Source of the DNA: Candidatus Micrarchaeota archaeon
GTDB lineage: Archaea > Micrarchaeota > Micrarchaeia > Anstonellales > Bilamarchaeaceae
Assembly: GCA_018304385.1 (NCBI GenBank)
Contig: JAGVWJ010000020.1
Location: 1 to 16,461 of the forward strand
Reading direction: 5' to 3'
DNA: 16,461 nucleotides
A program made the position numbers and the translations under genes. Below are positions 13,912-16,461 of the stretch, piece after piece; the stretch's first letter is position 1, and each line of letters opens with the position of its first letter. The notes beneath the pieces were generated by a model that had not been told where the DNA came from, made no database searches, and saw only the letters and a list, made by a program, of their open reading frames with translations.

Positions 13912-15636
13912 TTACATTCTCTCAGGACATTCAATTCCAAGTAGACCAAGCCCACTCTTTAGTAAAATATTGGAAGCGCTTACTATTGCAAGCCTTGACC
14001 TACGCTCGTTTTCTTTTTCAGCAGTTAAAACAGGCGACACAGTATAAAACTTATTGAAATCTGTTGCTACATCAAGCAGATAATCTGTAAGATAGTTTGG
14101 TGCAAGGTCATGCGCTGCTTTTTCAACAAGCTGTGAAAATTCGCATAATTTTTTTATAAGGCGTTTCTCATCTAGGTTGAATGCGTAAGATTTTTCTGCT
14201 GTTGCTTTTTCTTTTGTTTTGCTCAAGATCCCAAGCGTCCTCACAAATGCATATTGAAGATATGGTCCACTGTCTCCTTCAGTACTAAGTGCTTGATCCC
14301 AATCAAAGACTAGTACTTTGTTGTTCTCTCTACGTAGCATGGAAAACCTTATTGCTGCCAATGTTATCTGCATTGCTATTTTCTCTATTTCTTTTTCACT
14401 CCAGGTTTCATGACGCTTTTTTATTTCACTTCTTGTTATCTCTAGCAATTTCTGTTTTAAATCTTCATAAAGCACCATTGTACCTTCACGCGAGGACATT
14501 TTACCCTCAGGCAGCATAACCAATTCATAAATTAAATGATGAGATATCTTAGCAGCTTTTTCCATCCCAATTTTCTCGAATGTTTTGAACAGCTGCTTGA
14601 AATGATGCTCCTGCTCCTTGCCAACAACATGTATGCTTCTATCTAAATCATATTTATCAAATTTTAATTTTGCTAAACCAAGATCTTTTGTAGAATAGAG
14701 TGGATAGCCTTCTTTTGTCAGCAGTACGTAAACGCCCAGGTTATCATCACGCAAATCCATAATTATTGCGCCTTGATCTTCTTTTGCAATACCTCTTTTC
14801 AATGCGTTCTTTACAACTTCTGTACCAACCTTCTCTGTCTGGCTTTCAAAATATAACTCATCAAATTTTACATTAAATTCTTTGTAGAATTCTTTAAAAT
14901 CATCAAGGCACCATTGCCTTGTTTTTTTCCAAAGTTCATTCATTTTTTTATCTTTTGCATATAGTTTTAGATTAATCTCCTGAACTTGCTTTTCTAGCTC
15001 GTCATTACCTTTCTCTTTTTCTTCTTTGATTTTTTTAGATGCTTCTGAATATACTTTTCCGAGCCATATGCCGCGATTGCTGGTTGGTGCCTTACCATTG
15101 TATAAATTAAGAAAACCCCAAAGGCATTTCGCAACATGCGGACCAATATCACCTTGAAAATTTGCCCGAATAATCTTGTTGCCGGTTATTTCTAGCAGTT
15201 TGCAAAGTGCTTCACCAGTTGATACATTTCTTATGTGGCCAATATGTACGCCTTTATGTGTATTAGCATGGAAAAATTCAACCATTATTTGTTTTCCGGT
15301 TTTCTTTTTAGCTGTTCCGAACTTTTGTTTTTCCTTTAAAATTTTCTTAAGTGCCTCAGCATAAAATCCATTATTAAAATAAAAATTCAAGTATGGACCT
15401 TTTGTTTCAATGCGCTGGATAAATTTTAGTTTTTTATTATTTAACTGGTTCGCTATTTCGTTTGCAATTTGAACTGGATTTGTTTTCTTTTCCGCTGCAA
15501 GTATAAACGCTACCTTGCTTGCCAAATCTCCAAATTCTCCTTTTGGCAGTTCTAAACTAGCTAATGCTTGTTCTTCATTAACTTGCGCAGCGCTTGCAAT
15601 AGCCTTGGCTAATTCTAGTTTTAGTTCTTTTAACAT
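13912..15636 (-). CDS. argS: Arginine--tRNA ligase
   Basis: FGDLA, GPYLNF, HIGHIRN, YFESQ, KMSSREG, GDSGPYLQYAF..ILSK, FNKFY. Start moved from 15654 to ATG 15636 on the basis of TATA spacing and a typical N-terminal helix. Confidence 0.97.
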   Translation of the reverse strand: MLKELKLELAKAIASAAQVNEEQALASLELPKGEFGDLASKVAFILAAEKKTNPVQIANEIANQLNNKKLKFIQRIETKGPYLNFYFNNGFYAEALKKILKEKQKFGTAKKKTGKQIMVEFFHANTHKGVHIGHIRNVSTGEALCKLLEITGNKIIRANFQGDIGPHVAKCLWGFLNLYNGKAPTSNRGIWLGKVYSEASKKIKEEKEKGNDELEKQVQEINLKLYAKDKKMNELWKKTRQWCLDDFKEFYKEFNVKFDELYFESQTEKVGTEVVKNALKRGIAKEDQGAIIMDLRDDNLGVYVLLTKEGYPLYSTKDLGLAKLKFDKYDLDRSIHVVGKEQEHHFKQLFKTFEKIGMEKAAKISHHLIYELVMLPEGKMSSREGTMVLYEDLKQKLLEITRSEIKKRHETWSEKEIEKIAMQITLAAIRFSMLRRENNKVLVFDWDQALSTEGDSGPYLQYAFVRTLGILSKTKEKATAEKSYAFNLDEKRLIKKLCEFSQLVEKAAHDLAPNYLTDYLLDVATDFNKFYTVSPVLTAEKENERRSRLAIVSASNILLKSGLGLLGIECPERM

Positions 15637-15658
15637 GCAAGAATCAACTAGCATAACT

Positions 15659-15666
15659 TATTTAAA
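15659..15666. promoter_or_regulatory. Probable bidirectional TATA box (TATTTAAA / TTTAAATA)
   Basis: 21 nt from ATG 15688 (+) and 22 nt from ATG 15636 (-). Confidence 0.6.
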
Positions 15667-15687
15667 GGTTATTTTTGAATCATTAAC

Positions 15688-16461
15688 ATGAACTCTACAA
15701 TTAAGTTATTATTTATTTTAGGATTAGTGACTGCTGTTTTTATTGCTGGCTGTAGTTTACCTGGGCAAAGCCCGCCACCAAGTGCTCCTTCTGACGGAAA
15801 GAAAACTCCAGATGGTGTAGCCCCATCACCTACTCCAACACCTGCCCCAAGCGGCAAAATAAAACGCGAGCCTATTGATGTTGAAGGTAGACTAGGTGAA
15901 AAATTATCTAATGGGCATTTAGAACTAACTGTTAATTCATTTGAATATGCAAGTACATTAGATAAAAATGAACGTATTACACCTCCAGATGGCAGTAAAT
16001 TCTTAATATTAAATATAAAAATAAAAAACCTAGACACACAGGCAGTAGATTGGTTCAACTCCGTTTCTATTATTAACAAAAAAACAGATAAATATGGATT
16101 TAACTGTAAATCTGACGCAGTTGACTATGTGCCAAATGCAATAGATATTAATAAACTTGCAGCTGGTGAGGAGAGAACTGGCAGAATTGTATGCGCTATC
16201 CCACTTGAAAGTGATACTATTATACTTTATCTAAATGATAAAATCTCATATAACATAAAAAATAAATATACTGCTGATTCAGACTATGGTGTAATAAAAG
16301 TTAATATAGCTGAATATGGAAACAAAGAACTTGCAGCAAGAGGAAACGTAGGAGAATTTGTAGGAAATGAATTCACCGTATTGGACATAAAAGTTAACTC
16401 GTTTAAATATGCAGATTCCTTGCCAGGGCTCAATGTACCAGAGAGATGTTATTATCCTAAA
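15688..16461 (+). CDS. Lipoprotein with Pro/Thr-rich linker and DUF4352-like Ig-fold domain(s); runs off the window end
   Basis: Absent from the ORF track because it has no stop. MNSTIKLLFILGLVTAVFIAGC lipobox; SPPPSAP...PSPTPTPAP linker; GEKLSNGHLELTVNSFEY...PPDGSKFLILNIKIKN...LAAGEERTGRIVCAIP; second copy begins GEFVGNEFTVLDIKVNSFKY. Confidence 0.85.
   Translation, partial: MNSTIKLLFILGLVTAVFIAGCSLPGQSPPPSAPSDGKKTPDGVAPSPTPTPAPSGKIKREPIDVEGRLGEKLSNGHLELTVNSFEYASTLDKNERITPPDGSKFLILNIKIKNLDTQAVDWFNSVSIINKKTDKYGFNCKSDAVDYVPNAIDINKLAAGEERTGRIVCAIPLESDTIILYLNDKISYNIKNKYTADSDYGVIKVNIAEYGNKELAARGNVGEFVGNEFTVLDIKVNSFKYADSLPGLNVPERCYYPK

Noticed and set aside
15637-15654. MLVDSC extension of ArgS
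   Set aside because: ATG 15654 lies only 4 nt from the TATA box; ATG 15636 fits the spacing seen at other promoters.
287-16079. Short overlapping ORFs in the track (287-496, 1708-1917, 1817-2062, 2179-2403, 2722-3096, 4111-4332, 4660-4944, 4908-5141, 7692-7955, 8265-8501, 9309-9503, 9839-10063, 10082-10369, 10233-10430, 12231-12572, 12702-12941, 14289-14519, 15176-15364, 15669-16079)
   Set aside because: They lie antisense to well-supported genes, have Ser/Phe/Leu-rich shadow composition, and show no motifs or start signals.
1-16461. tRNA, rRNA, CRISPR array, integrase or transposase
   Set aside because: Intergenic gaps are short and AT-rich, with no cloverleaf, spaced repeats or recombinase motifs.

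Overview
AT-rich archaeal chromosome segment. aIF-2beta, aIF-1A, RIO1, archaeal-type ArgRS, TATA-box promoters and GGTGA Shine-Dalgarno sites establish the domain; a DPANN lineage such as Micrarchaeota is an inference. Housekeeping genes (ahcY, eif2b, eif1a, rio1, argS) are interleaved with accessory genes: (1) a minus-strand run of five genes (tandem winged-helix+TPR protein, two lipoproteins with a shared leader, an unannotated CTG-start Zn-finger gene, and a HEAT+Zn-finger mosaic); (2) a DUF5678-like/retropepsin two-gene module; (3) three more lipobox surface proteins, one ending in a GH113-like barrel that appears to lack both catalytic glutamates; (4) a VapBC module between eif1a and rio1; (5) a YdbS/YdbT-like bPH_2 membrane pair. 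Most transcription-unit heads have a TATA octamer 20-24 nt upstream of the ATG, implying leaderless mRNAs, and two TATA boxes look bidirectional. No tRNA, rRNA, CRISPR array or transposase was seen. Family assignments come from motif recognition without database searches.
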